From: an uncultured archaeon
Lineage (GTDB): Archaea; Thermoproteota; Nitrososphaeria; Nitrososphaerales; Gagatemarchaeaceae
Direction of reading: 5' to 3'
Length of the DNA: 64,000 bases
Assembly: GCA_963817525.1 (NCBI GenBank)
Contig: CAWFOU010000008.1
Coordinates: 32,001 to 96,000, forward strand
Within the stretch, counting starts at the first letter, position 1. Each line of letters begins with the position of its first letter. The notes beneath the pieces were generated by a model. That model was not told the origin of the DNA and made no database searches. It saw only the letters and a program-made list of their open reading frames with translations. A program made the position numbers and the translations under genes. This document shows positions 37,659 to 46,232 of this stretch, piece by piece.

Positions 37659-38858
37659 CTACCGAATCTGTGTAGAATTGCGCCCGGGACCAGCCAGAGC
37701 TACGCCAGCCTTCCAAATCCCCCGGATGTTGCGCGTGCACGTTATGTCTGAGGTCGGGTCTCCCTCGACCAGGAGCATATCCGCTCGCAGCCCCGGTCGG
37801 AGACAACCCCTGTCGGGCATTCGGAACGCACGTGCGGGTGCGGAGGTCGCTGAGGTAAGCGCCTGCACAGGGGTCAAGCCCTCCTGGACGAGCAGTTCCA
37901 ACTCGCGATGAAGCGAAGAGCCCCGCGGCAGGCCCACGGGGAAGGGTGACGCGTCCGTCCCTGCCAGAACGGTCACACCCGCCTCGGCAATCAGTTTTAT
38001 GGCTTCGCTCATGCCCTTGCGCAGGTGGTTCAGCTCGGGTCTCGCCGGCCAGAGACGGAGCTTCTGCGGATCGATGAATGGTCTTAGGCGGTCGTCTGCC
38101 AGCATCGGCTCGACCTGAGGTTCGCCGACCTTGGTGTTGAGCAGGCAGACTAGCGTGGGAACTACCACGGTCCCGTGTTCGGCAAGAAAGCGTCCGAAGT
38201 CGGAGCCGGCCGAGTCGCCGGCGATTATGTGAGCCAGGCCGTCTGCTCCTGCCTCAACCGCTCGGCGCGCCTTTTCTTCCTGGAGCGCGTGAACCCAGAC
38301 TTGGATCCCGCGTGCGTGGGCGGCGCGGACAATCGCTTCGAGCGTGTCTTCGGTCAGAGACCCACCCTCGGGGGCGTCGTAGACCACCTTGATGAAGTCG
38401 GAGCCCTCTGCTAGGCGTTCGTTCACCCATGACTCCGCCCCTCCGGGACTGTCTACCGCTGGCATATCCTCTAGCCCGGGGAGTCTCTTCAGAATCGCAT
38501 CACTGGCCACTGCGGGCTGGCTGGCGCCGTATACGTCGGCCAAGTCAGAGCTCCGGGCTGCCAGTGACTTTAGGCCCTTCAGACCCTTCCCCGAGCAGCC
38601 CATGTCAATGACGGTCGCGATGCCCCATATGGCCGCTTCATGGAGGGAGTCGGGTCTCCCCAGAGCGTGAAAGTGCGCGTCGAACAGACCTGGGAGAAGG
38701 GTCATCCCCTCAGCATGGACGATGTCTGTACCGCCATGGACCTCAGGACCACTTCCCACCCCGACTATCCGCCCGTCTCTGACGACTACGCTGGCGTCCT
38801 CTAGGATGTTGACTCCGTCGAAGACCCTGGCGTGCTCGATGACCAGAGATTGCGCCAT
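37659..38858 (-). CDS. Amidohydrolase family protein
   Basis: LLPGLFDAHFH, GSDFIKV, DGLAH, LAGTDA, ADMLLVEGDP. Confidence 0.88.
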   Translation of the reverse strand: MAQSLVIEHARVFDGVNILEDASVVVRDGRIVGVGSGPEVHGGTDIVHAEGMTLLPGLFDAHFHALGRPDSLHEAAIWGIATVIDMGCSGKGLKGLKSLAARSSDLADVYGASQPAVASDAILKRLPGLEDMPAVDSPGGAESWVNERLAEGSDFIKVVYDAPEGGSLTEDTLEAIVRAAHARGIQVWVHALQEEKARRAVEAGADGLAHIIAGDSAGSDFGRFLAEHGTVVVPTLVCLLNTKVGEPQVEPMLADDRLRPFIDPQKLRLWPARPELNHLRKGMSEAIKLIAEAGVTVLAGTDASPFPVGLPRGSSLHRELELLVQEGLTPVQALTSATSAPARAFRMPDRGCLRPGLRADMLLVEGDPTSDITCTRNIRGIWKAGVALAGPGRNSTQIR

Positions 38859-38955
38859 ACGAGTTCAGACCCTGCCTTTTCCGTATTAGGCTAGTAGCGC
38901 TCTACCGCGCCTCTCCTGAGAACCTCTATAGGGTGCATGCTGAGCTTGCGTGACC

Positions 38956-39612
38956 ATGCGAAGGCTGGTCGTCGAGCTACCGGTTGAGGACGTGATTGGG
39001 AAGGGCTCGCACTCGCCGATGGCGATGATAGACTCGGCGGAGGTAGTCCAGATTTTCAAGCAACGCAGGGGAGAGTTCGAGGGAATAGTGAAGGTGTCTT
39101 TCAAGACGCATCCTCCCCCGAAGCTCAAGGACTTGTTTCCTGGTGTCGAGGCGGAGGCCACGCTGCTCAACGAAAACGACGCGACCGGCGAGCGGGCCTA
39201 CTTCGTCAAGGTCAGGGTCGCGAACCCCAAGCGTCAAGTGTTTTCCTTGGGCGAGGTTTCAGGAGGCTACGTCGCGACTCCCTTTGAGATAAGAGGCGGG
39301 ATGATTAGACTCAACTTCATCGGCAGCGCCCTAGAAGTAAAGAGATTCATGAAGGTCATCGACAAGAAGTGGCCCCACTACAAGGTTGCCTCCCTCACGG
39401 ACGCGAGCTTTTCTCTCGACTCACCGTTGGGAGCTCTGACGGAGAAGCAACGCAGGGTTCTGGTGACGGCCTTCAACCTCGGCTACTACGACATGCCGAG
39501 GAAGGTCGACGGTGAGGAGCTCGCGAGGAGGCTCAACCTTGGGGCCTCCGCTCTGGTGGCGCACAGGAGGAAGGCCGAACGGAGGATTCTCGCGAAGATA
39601 ATCAATGGCTGA
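38956..39612 (+). CDS. Bacterio-opsin-activator-type HTH (HTH_10) regulator
   Basis: C-terminal LTEKQRRVL..AFNLGYYDMPRK...ELARRL...HRRKAE; divergent from the amidohydrolase. Confidence 0.85.
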   Translation: MRRLVVELPVEDVIGKGSHSPMAMIDSAEVVQIFKQRRGEFEGIVKVSFKTHPPPKLKDLFPGVEAEATLLNENDATGERAYFVKVRVANPKRQVFSLGEVSGGYVATPFEIRGGMIRLNFIGSALEVKRFMKVIDKKWPHYKVASLTDASFSLDSPLGALTEKQRRVLVTAFNLGYYDMPRKVDGEELARRLNLGASALVAHRRKAERRILAKIING

Positions 39613-39690
39613 GAATAGACGGGAGGCGGTCGGCCACGAATTGCATGAATCGGGCGCCGTTAAGTAATCGGAGCTGGAAATGAGCTAAAA

Positions 39691-39740
39691 TGGGGCCGGA
39701 AGGGATTCTAAACATTACCGACCAGAGGTTTGTGAATCCT
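39691..39740 (-). pseudogene. Degenerate tRNA 3'-half fragment (possible att relic)
   Basis: Minus strand AGGATTCACAAACCTCTGGTCGGTAATGTTTAGAATCCCTTCCGGCCCCA resembles anticodon loop, variable region, decayed T-arm and acceptor strand. Confidence 0.35.
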
Positions 39741-39769
39741 TATAGGTAAGAAATTTACTACACCGGAGC

Positions 39770-40033
39770 ATGACTGAAGCATCGGAGCTTCGCACGGTCA
39801 CCGTATCCGAAAAGGGCCAGGTGGCCATCCCTGTCGACATCAGGAGGAGGCTGAACATTCGAAAGGGCCAGACGCTGGTGCTTCAAGTCAGCGACGATAA
39901 GCTGCTGATCGCCAAGTCGGAGGAGGTCTCGAAGAAGATGAGGGACGAGTTTGAGCATCTTCTCAGACTCTCAGAGAGAAGCGCGAAGGAGTTATGGGAG
40001 AACGAGAAGGATGCAGTCTGGGACAGCGCTTGA
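39770..40033 (+). CDS. AbrB/MazE-type antitoxin
   Basis: VTVSEKGQVAIPVDIRRRLNI.KG swapped-hairpin motif; acidic tail LWENEKDAVWD. Confidence 0.88.
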   Translation: MTEASELRTVTVSEKGQVAIPVDIRRRLNIRKGQTLVLQVSDDKLLIAKSEEVSKKMRDEFEHLLRLSERSAKELWENEKDAVWDSA

Positions 40034-40361
40034 GCCGGGGCAGGTGGTGTTGGTGCCCTTCCCATTCACCGACCTATCTGAAGTGAAACGTCGTCCGGTG
40101 CTGGTCCTCTCGAATCGGCGTCACAACAGCAGTTCTCGGGACTTCATCTGCTGTGGGATAACTTCGAACCTGGCAAACAGTCGGAACTCTGTCCTGATAG
40201 ACCCAATGGAGATGGCCGAAGGTTCAATTCCCGTGCAGAGTAGGATCAAGTTCGACAAGGTCTTCACCTTGGAGGGGAGTCTAGTAGTCAAGGCTCTCGG
40301 AAGGGTCTCGAAACACAAGCTAGCCACGGTCAAGCGGGGATTGATTTCTCTTCTTGGTTAG
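40011..40361 (+). CDS. MazF/PemK-family toxin
   Basis: GQVVLVPFPFTDLSEVKRRPVLVLS, GITS; overlaps the antitoxin. Confidence 0.9.
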   Translation: MQSGTALEPGQVVLVPFPFTDLSEVKRRPVLVLSNRRHNSSSRDFICCGITSNLANSRNSVLIDPMEMAEGSIPVQSRIKFDKVFTLEGSLVVKALGRVSKHKLATVKRGLISLLG

Positions 40362-40493
40362 CATCATAACGGTTACAAAATTCGAACCACACCAACTGGG
40401 GCAGCAGTCTTCAACACATGGCCGATTTTATCCCAAGAGTAATTTCTCCATTATGCAACTTAGAGATTTGGCAGGCTTTCTGGATCGAACGTT

Positions 40494-40582
40494 CGAATCT
40501 ACGGGGGCTCGAACGCTCGGCCCGAGGCACGCGAGCCCGAAAAATGACCGAGGACGGCCACCGAGTCCCACCGGGCCCGCCA
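40494..40582 (+). repeat. 89-bp segment right end, copy A (ends in the tRNA-Arg 3' 17-mer at 40566-40582)
   Basis: 76/89 identical by manual alignment to 45301-45388; TCCCACCGGGCCCGCCA identical to 36727-36743. Confidence 0.9.
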
Positions 40583-40626
40583 TCTTTTCACGCTCAACCA
40601 GTTTGTGAAGAGCCGAATTCTTGCCT

Positions 40627-40654
40627 GGGCCCGCTTAAATTATTAAGCGAATCC
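40627..40654. repeat. 11-6-11 palindromic (dif-like) site X
   Basis: GGGCCCGCTTA-AATTAT-TAAGCGAATCC; direct repeat of 43940-43967. Confidence 0.55.
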
Positions 40655-41084
40655 TGCGAAATGCGGTCTAGAGATTTTGAACTGTGCGCCCGCGGGATGC
40701 CTGCGACTATCTTCCCCAATTCAACCTCCTCTCAAGACGGTTCAACTGGGATCACAGCTACTGGTGGCCTTTTTCCACAAAGCGTCATCCTGCGAATATA
40801 GTCTTGATGGACTGTCGATTCATGCTTTTTTACCCGTGGCAACCTTGACAGCGGTTGCCACGGAGGAAACACCCTGAACCTGTTGGAGTTTATGAAAGCA
40901 TGACCCTTCAGGGTCCCTCCGCCCCAAAGTAGGACGGGACGGCGGTTTGGGTCCTACCCAAGAGAACGGGGACGGTCGGCGCTGCTGAGACCGAGCCACC
41001 GCCACCGAACAGACCGAGCACCCGTTCCATAGAATAGGTTGATATTGCCCTGCGGCTTTCGTTGGACCATCGGATGGATATGTC

Positions 41085-42272
41085 TTGGCTGCCACTGGAA
41101 GGGCCGCTGTCTTCGTCTCTGCGCTCATCCTCCTGGCCGCGGTAGGGACCGGATTCTACTTTACCCAGACCCTCAACTCCTCTCAGACTGGGACCACCCC
41201 GAGCACAGAGTTTACGCAGACGGGAGTCGTCTCCTCGACCGAGGTCACCAACGCGTCGTTGGGCCTCCGGCTATCTCTCTCGGTAAACGCCACCGTCATC
41301 CCCAGCGAGGACGTGATTGAGATCAACGCCTCCGTGGTCAACACGAGGACGACGGCGAGCAACTTCACGGCGTCCGATGACTGGGCGGCCCCGGGGTTGA
41401 CGGAGGGAGCGTGCAACTATGGCAACGCCACCAACAAGCTGTTCGATCCAATCGGATTGGACGTCTTCAGGGGGGACTACGGGATGGACAACCTTTCGAG
41501 CGCAGGGCAGCCCATAGATTGGTGGCCATTGGTGGAGTGCCCCGCCGACGGGGTCTCGGTAGGGACGCAGTATCTCCCGCTGGAGAACATCACGAGCTAT
41601 TCTCTCCTCCCCGGGAACGACAGCGGAACTTATGCGGGCTACTACGTCGCCTCTACCACCTCCCCGCCCCCCGTGTGTGGGGGCGGGGTCTGCACGTACA
41701 GCCCCAACGTCACGAGGACGTACGCAAAGGGGGTCTTCCCCACGAGGATGGCCTTTGAGCAGACGATAAACGCGGCCAACGGGACGGAGGGCTTCTACAG
41801 CTCGCTGGGCTCGTCCCTCCCTGCGAACTACACCCTGGTTGCGGGCGACGAGTGGGGCCAGCTGACCTTCATCCACTTCCAGGTAGTGGCATCCAACAGC
41901 ATCCCCAAGGTGGGGAGCTTCCTCGCATGGGGAGGGTGCGCGGATTCGTACCGTTTGAATGGGACGGCGTATGCAGAGCCGTGCACGGCCTCGGAGCTAA
42001 GTGGCGCCCACGTCTTCGACTGCGCCAGCGCGGCCGCTTCGCAGGCCGGATGCTCGGTCACGCTCGTCGGTTCGGGCACCTTCCCCGGGTCAGGCCAGGT
42101 CAACTCACCGATCCTGAACAACACGTTAACGGTCTGGTTCCCTTACACCGGTGGGGCTGCCCAGCCCGCTGGGACGAACTGCTACTTCCAAGTGGCGCAC
42201 CACTACACGGGCTCTCCCTACGGGCACTGCTACGCGCTCAACTCGACGGCCTTTGTGATTGGGATGTATTGA
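41085..42272 (+). CDS. Membrane-anchored secreted Cys/Thr-rich hypothetical protein
   Basis: N-terminal hydrophobic helix, many NxS/T sequons, paired Cys. Confidence 0.7.
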   Translation: MAATGRAAVFVSALILLAAVGTGFYFTQTLNSSQTGTTPSTEFTQTGVVSSTEVTNASLGLRLSLSVNATVIPSEDVIEINASVVNTRTTASNFTASDDWAAPGLTEGACNYGNATNKLFDPIGLDVFRGDYGMDNLSSAGQPIDWWPLVECPADGVSVGTQYLPLENITSYSLLPGNDSGTYAGYYVASTTSPPPVCGGGVCTYSPNVTRTYAKGVFPTRMAFEQTINAANGTEGFYSSLGSSLPANYTLVAGDEWGQLTFIHFQVVASNSIPKVGSFLAWGGCADSYRLNGTAYAEPCTASELSGAHVFDCASAAASQAGCSVTLVGSGTFPGSGQVNSPILNNTLTVWFPYTGGAAQPAGTNCYFQVAHHYTGSPYGHCYALNSTAFVIGMY

Positions 42273-42337
42273 ATTTAAATCAAGAGCTCGGGTTTATCCC
42301 ACCGCCCGCGGCTTCTGACCGCAGGATACGGGTTTCT

Positions 42338-42718
42338 TTGGAAGTTCGAGAGACGAATAGGTCATTGCTTTTTTCGGGTTCATTACTAATCGCTTTCAAC
42401 GTGGTGGTGAACATTCTGGACTTGACAACGACGTTCATTGGTTTCAGAAGAGGCTTGCTCGAACAGAATTTCGAGGCTTCGTTCCTGATGAAAGTTGTTG
42501 GCAACGAGTATCTCGGGGCCATAATCCTAAAGGTGTTATTCTTCTCTTTCTTTGGTCTTGCCTATTATTCCATGAGAGGATTTGAGAAGAAGGATGAACG
42601 GAGACGCGGAGTTGTTTTTGGACTGTTGTTTCTTGACTTCGCGTTGATTTTTACCGCGTTGTGGGTAACTGAGATAGTCGTGGGCAACCTCATCGCTCTA
42701 GGGGTCATTGGCGCTTAG
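42338..42718 (+). CDS. Small membrane protein (DUF5658-like)
   Basis: NILDLTTTFIG..GLLEQN motif and 3-4 TM helices; TTG start; AT-rich. Confidence 0.55.
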   Translation: MEVRETNRSLLFSGSLLIAFNVVVNILDLTTTFIGFRRGLLEQNFEASFLMKVVGNEYLGAIILKVLFFSFFGLAYYSMRGFEKKDERRRGVVFGLLFLDFALIFTALWVTEIVVGNLIALGVIGA

Positions 42719-43050
42719 ATTGAGTTTGCTTAAACCGGATGGGGCCGTTCATCCTGTTCCCCCCTTTCTTTGGTGGGAGGGTGGACTTGGAGGCTTGCTT
42801 GAAGCTTCTTCACCGCGGCAATCATGTCCCTGAATGAAAGAGACTCTCCACGGCATAGGAGAACCCACTTGTCTTGGAGGAAAATTCGAAAGTAGTCGGC
42901 CTGAATTAGCGAACGTTGAATGTCCAACTGGTAGGAGTATGTCAGGACCGAGTCAATCAGTATGTTGCCTCTTGGCCTGGCGAAGAACCAATCATCCAAT
43001 TCTTCGTCGTAATGCTCGAATTGATTCCTGAGCATGCGATTCCACAGTGA

Positions 43051-43861
43051 GTGAGCGACGACATGCGACCTGAGGAACAAGAGAAGTGGAAGCGAAAAAG
43101 GTTGGGTCGAGCTGCCGACGTGCGGCAGAAGTCTCGCAGCGGACTTTCGCACGTCGCTGTAGCGTTTTTCGCAGTTCTACTTGTCGGGGCAGTTGCGGCT
43201 GGACTGTACCCTACTGGAGTCGCATCCCCCTCCGCAGCCGCTTCGTCCACAAGTTCCTCTACCGGCTTCATCCATACGACTTCGTCCGTAAGCAATGGCT
43301 CAACCACAACCATCGTCGGAGGCAGCGGGGATTCGGGAGAAATAGGTCCCCCTCCTATCATCACGATATTGTTTGGAGCACCCACGATCGACCACCCAAC
43401 GACCACAGCAGTCCCCGCTGACACCATGCTCTGGACCAGCTGGACGCTGAACAGCACCATGACCATAGACGGAGTCCAGTCCGACATCGAGGCTCTACCG
43501 AGCAGTTGGGGCTCTAACCTGATGATAGCCGTCTACGTCGACGGCAAGCTCGCTGGCAACAGCACATACGTAATCGCTCCCAATTACGGCGGTCTCGACA
43601 CGGCGATAATAGACGCACCTGAAAATAATGCGATCCAAGGCGGAATCATGGGAAACGCTGCCCAGCCTGCGGGCGCGGGTAATCTCGATGGCAATCCTCT
43701 CCAATGCATCGGTCGACCCACACTTGAACAGCGGTTCGGTCCCCACTTACGAGGTCACGCTACCTCCTGGCTCTGGGTTCCCTGCTCAGCTGCCTACTCC
43801 GACCACGACGCTTTCCGATTCGGCTGTGGAGATATGGGCGTTCGATGAAACACAGCAGTGA
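43051..43861 (+). pseudogene. Frameshifted secreted protein gene
   Basis: Signal/TM plus Ser/Thr linker and beta-rich domain to ~43678; a plausible continuation (VISMAILSNASV...VEIWAFDETQQ) is in another frame ending 43861. Confidence 0.5.
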
Positions 43862-43939
43862 ACTACAATGGTGACGCTCGACCGGGAAGCTTGCCCGACA
43901 CGCGTAGCCGACCGTCGTTGGTCCGACCGGAACTTGGCT

Positions 43940-43967
43940 GGGTTCGCTTAATATTCTAAGCGACTCC
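43940..43967. repeat. 11-6-11 palindromic (dif-like) site Y overlapping the tRNA-end copy
   Basis: GGGTTCGCTTA-ATATTC-TAAGCGACTCC. Confidence 0.55.
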
Positions 43968-44013
43968 CACCGGGCCCGCCATCATTACTTGCCTAGTGTC
44001 GGATTCGAACTTC
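43965..44013 (+). repeat. tRNA-Arg 3' 17-mer copy (43965-43981) plus left-end motif (43992-44013)
   Basis: Exact TCCCACCGGGCCCGCCA; 10 nt later CCTAGTGTCGGATTCGAACTTC, 20/22 identical to 45399-45420. Confidence 0.88.
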
Positions 44014-44301
44014 GCTGCTGATGCCATCGACCGACGCAGGGGTGTCTCGCGTATTCCTATACATTGGTTGTGCGGATTAGTCTGCCAGGATTCGGGCTTG
44101 GCCTAAATGACTCGCCGAGCCGCGTCGTGCCTGCCGATCCCGCGCGACACCCCACTACTTCCCCCTTGTCGCAATCTAGAAGGGGACGGCCACGTCCCCA
44201 GGGCGGTCGCCCTTCCCGTATCCGGTTTGCTCCGGGATAGCTGCTTTGTCAAGGAACACAGACCTCAGGCCTCAAACCCCTTGGGCCAGCACTACAACCT
44301 G

Positions 44302-44541
44302 ATGGACGATCAGGAACTCAAGGAACTGGAGGCGCGGCGCAGAGTCCGGTATCTCTGGGACGAGGTCGTCCACCTGAGGCGCGTCGCCGAGAACCGCCGC
44401 CGGATCCTCGACCTGACGCGGACCCTGTCGGACTACGACCCCGCGGTCGAAAAGGCGGAGCTCGAGCAGGCGGAGCGCCAACAGGCCTGCGCCTGGATCC
44501 AATATCTTGACCTCAACAGGAAGGTCTACATCTCAACCTGA
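44302..44541 (+). CDS. Hypothetical helical protein (79 aa)
   Basis: ATG 44302 within ORF 44107-44541; coding-like GC3 bias. Confidence 0.4.
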   Translation: MDDQELKELEARRRVRYLWDEVVHLRRVAENRRRILDLTRTLSDYDPAVEKAELEQAERQQACAWIQYLDLNRKVYIST

Positions 44542-44590
44542 CATGAAGGCCAATATCCGTAAATTGAGCCCACTCCCCAAATCCTAAAGG

Positions 44591-45169
44591 ATGAACGTGC
44601 GAGAACGCGAGAGCGTCTTCATCGGTGTGGGCGCCGGCCTGATGTTGATTGTCCTCCTCGTCCTGCAATCCTCCATCGGCAGCGGTCTTCTCAGCACGAG
44701 GACAGTGACTACGACCGCAACGGTGACGACGGAATTACCGGCTGGAGACTACAACCTAGTCGCCAGTGCCTATACAAATCATCTCTCAGTACTCGGCTCC
44801 AAGAACGTATCCGCGCTCCTAGGTGGGTATGAGAACAACTCGACGGTCGAGTGGACGGGAGAGGCGGCGGGACAGCAGGGAAACTATACTGGGGAAGGCA
44901 TTGGTAGACTGCTTACTACCTTCCTACGGTATATGACTAATTTTACCTTGTCAAACGAGACCCAGCCATTAGTGGGCGTTCAGGGAAGATATTGGGTCGT
45001 CAACTCGACTTTTCACTGGGCTGGATATAGCACCGTCGACGGCATCCTAACCGGAACGGTAGCTGCTGAGGATTCGTACGTCCATGTGGGCAATACATGG
45101 TTGATTGCAAGAGAGACGTGGACGTGGCTTTTATTCACCTGTCAATATCCAGATTGTTTTGGCATATGA
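44591..45169 (+). CDS. Membrane-anchored NTF2/SnoaL-like protein
   Basis: N-terminal TM, Thr linker, ..NVSALL..Y...VEWTG...GNYTG...WLIARETW NTF2-fold pattern. Confidence 0.55.
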   Translation: MNVRERESVFIGVGAGLMLIVLLVLQSSIGSGLLSTRTVTTTATVTTELPAGDYNLVASAYTNHLSVLGSKNVSALLGGYENNSTVEWTGEAAGQQGNYTGEGIGRLLTTFLRYMTNFTLSNETQPLVGVQGRYWVVNSTFHWAGYSTVDGILTGTVAAEDSYVHVGNTWLIARETWTWLLFTCQYPDCFGI

Positions 45170-45300
45170 CCGGGAGGCTTATCATGGAAGTTCGGCTATT
45201 TCCTGTCGCAGAAGACGTGGGATCCCACGTGGTTTTTGGCATTCCCCCGCCAGCAGTTCTGAAATGGTTTCGCGAGCCCGGTACTCGATTGGCAGATTGA

Positions 45301-45420
45301 CGAATCTAGCGGGGCTCGAACCCTCGGCCTATGGCATGCGAGCCCGAAAAACGACGGAGGCCGGGCACCAATCCCACCGGGCCCGCCACCAATCCATACC
45401 TAGTGCCGGGTTCGAACTTC
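45301..45420 (+). repeat. 88-bp segment right end, copy B, tRNA 3' end copy (45370-45388) and left-end motif (45399-45420)
   Basis: 19-nt match AATCCCACCGGGCCCGCCA to the tRNA; contains GAACCCTCGGCCTA, the exact reverse complement of tRNA 36710-36723. Confidence 0.9.
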
Positions 45421-45481
45421 TTGAGCAGGCTACAGGAAATTTGACATGATTCATATTCATGCACTATCGGACGTTTGAGAG

Positions 45482-46189
45482 TTGGAACCTGAGAGGCCCG
45501 CCGAAGAAACCCCTTACGGGGACCGGCTGATCGACGTCATCAAATCCGCGGAGTGCGATCGGATAGGAGTCATCCTCAGACACTCCGTGAGGGAACAAGG
45601 TCGGAGAGGCGAGGTCGCAAATCCGAATATGGTCGCTGGGTTGATCCCTCACGGGCACAGCGAGTCGAAGAGGTTTGGCGAGTCGCTCCCTGCAGGCTTC
45701 AACCTCGTCGTTGGCTACAGTCCCGTCCCTCGCTGCGTAGAGACGGCCACCGGCATAATGCACGGCTACTCGCACGTGGACTCTGGCAGCATATCAGACG
45801 TCGGAATTGACGATTCCTTGGCCGTGACCCACTTTTTCGCCAAGGACACAAGTGCGATGGAGTCGTATAGGGGAAAGGTGGGAGGACTGCCCTTCCTCAG
45901 AGAATGGCTGGACGGGAGCCTCCCTGTGGGGATGATGAGGCTCCCTTCGGAGGTGAAGCAGTTCGCTGTGAGCAGCGTCATCAGGGACTTGAAGGCAGGT
46001 CGGGCCCCGCTGCTGCGGTTATGGGTAGGGCACGACTACGGGCTGATAGTCCTGATCGAGACGATCTTTGGCGGACGATTCAAGGAAACCAGGTGGATAC
46101 CGTACCTGGACGGCATAGTGTTTTGCCTGAGCAGAGGGGGATTGCTCACCGCAGCCTGGGACGGCGAGATTGTAAGGCTAGAAGCTTGA
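45482..46189 (+). CDS. Histidine phosphatase family protein
   Basis: ILRHS, YSPVPRCVETA, VGHD motifs. Confidence 0.8.
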   Translation: MEPERPAEETPYGDRLIDVIKSAECDRIGVILRHSVREQGRRGEVANPNMVAGLIPHGHSESKRFGESLPAGFNLVVGYSPVPRCVETATGIMHGYSHVDSGSISDVGIDDSLAVTHFFAKDTSAMESYRGKVGGLPFLREWLDGSLPVGMMRLPSEVKQFAVSSVIRDLKAGRAPLLRLWVGHDYGLIVLIETIFGGRFKETRWIPYLDGIVFCLSRGGLLTAAWDGEIVRLEA

Positions 46190-46232
46190 ATCCGACTGCT
46201 TCGGAACGCGTCTTCGAGAGCCGTCGTCACCC

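Larger units (their letters stand above)
36744..45420. mobile_element. tRNA-Arg-anchored tandem array of integrated cargo segments (no integrase seen)
   Basis: Three exact copies of the tRNA 3' 17-mer, shared end motifs, accessory cargo (TA system, secreted proteins, pseudogene), visibly lower GC; may extend to ~46190. Confidence 0.7.

Noticed and set aside
41852-42337. N-terminal part of the 288-aa ORF 41852-42718
   Set aside because: Overlaps the 395-aa secreted protein out of frame; only the part from TTG 42338 looks like a real membrane protein.
42730-43152. 140-aa minus-strand ORF in the array
   Set aside because: No recognisable motif and it overlaps the start of the opposite-strand gene; may be a remnant but cannot be supported.
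40566-45388. Downstream tRNA-end copies as additional tRNA genes or split tRNAs
   Set aside because: They lack D and anticodon arms and cover only the last 17-19 nt.
36744-46200. Integrase or transposase for the array; CRISPR array
   Set aside because: No ORF with tyrosine/serine recombinase or DDE motifs was recognised. Repeats are kb-spaced, not 30-40 bp spaced, and no cas genes are present.
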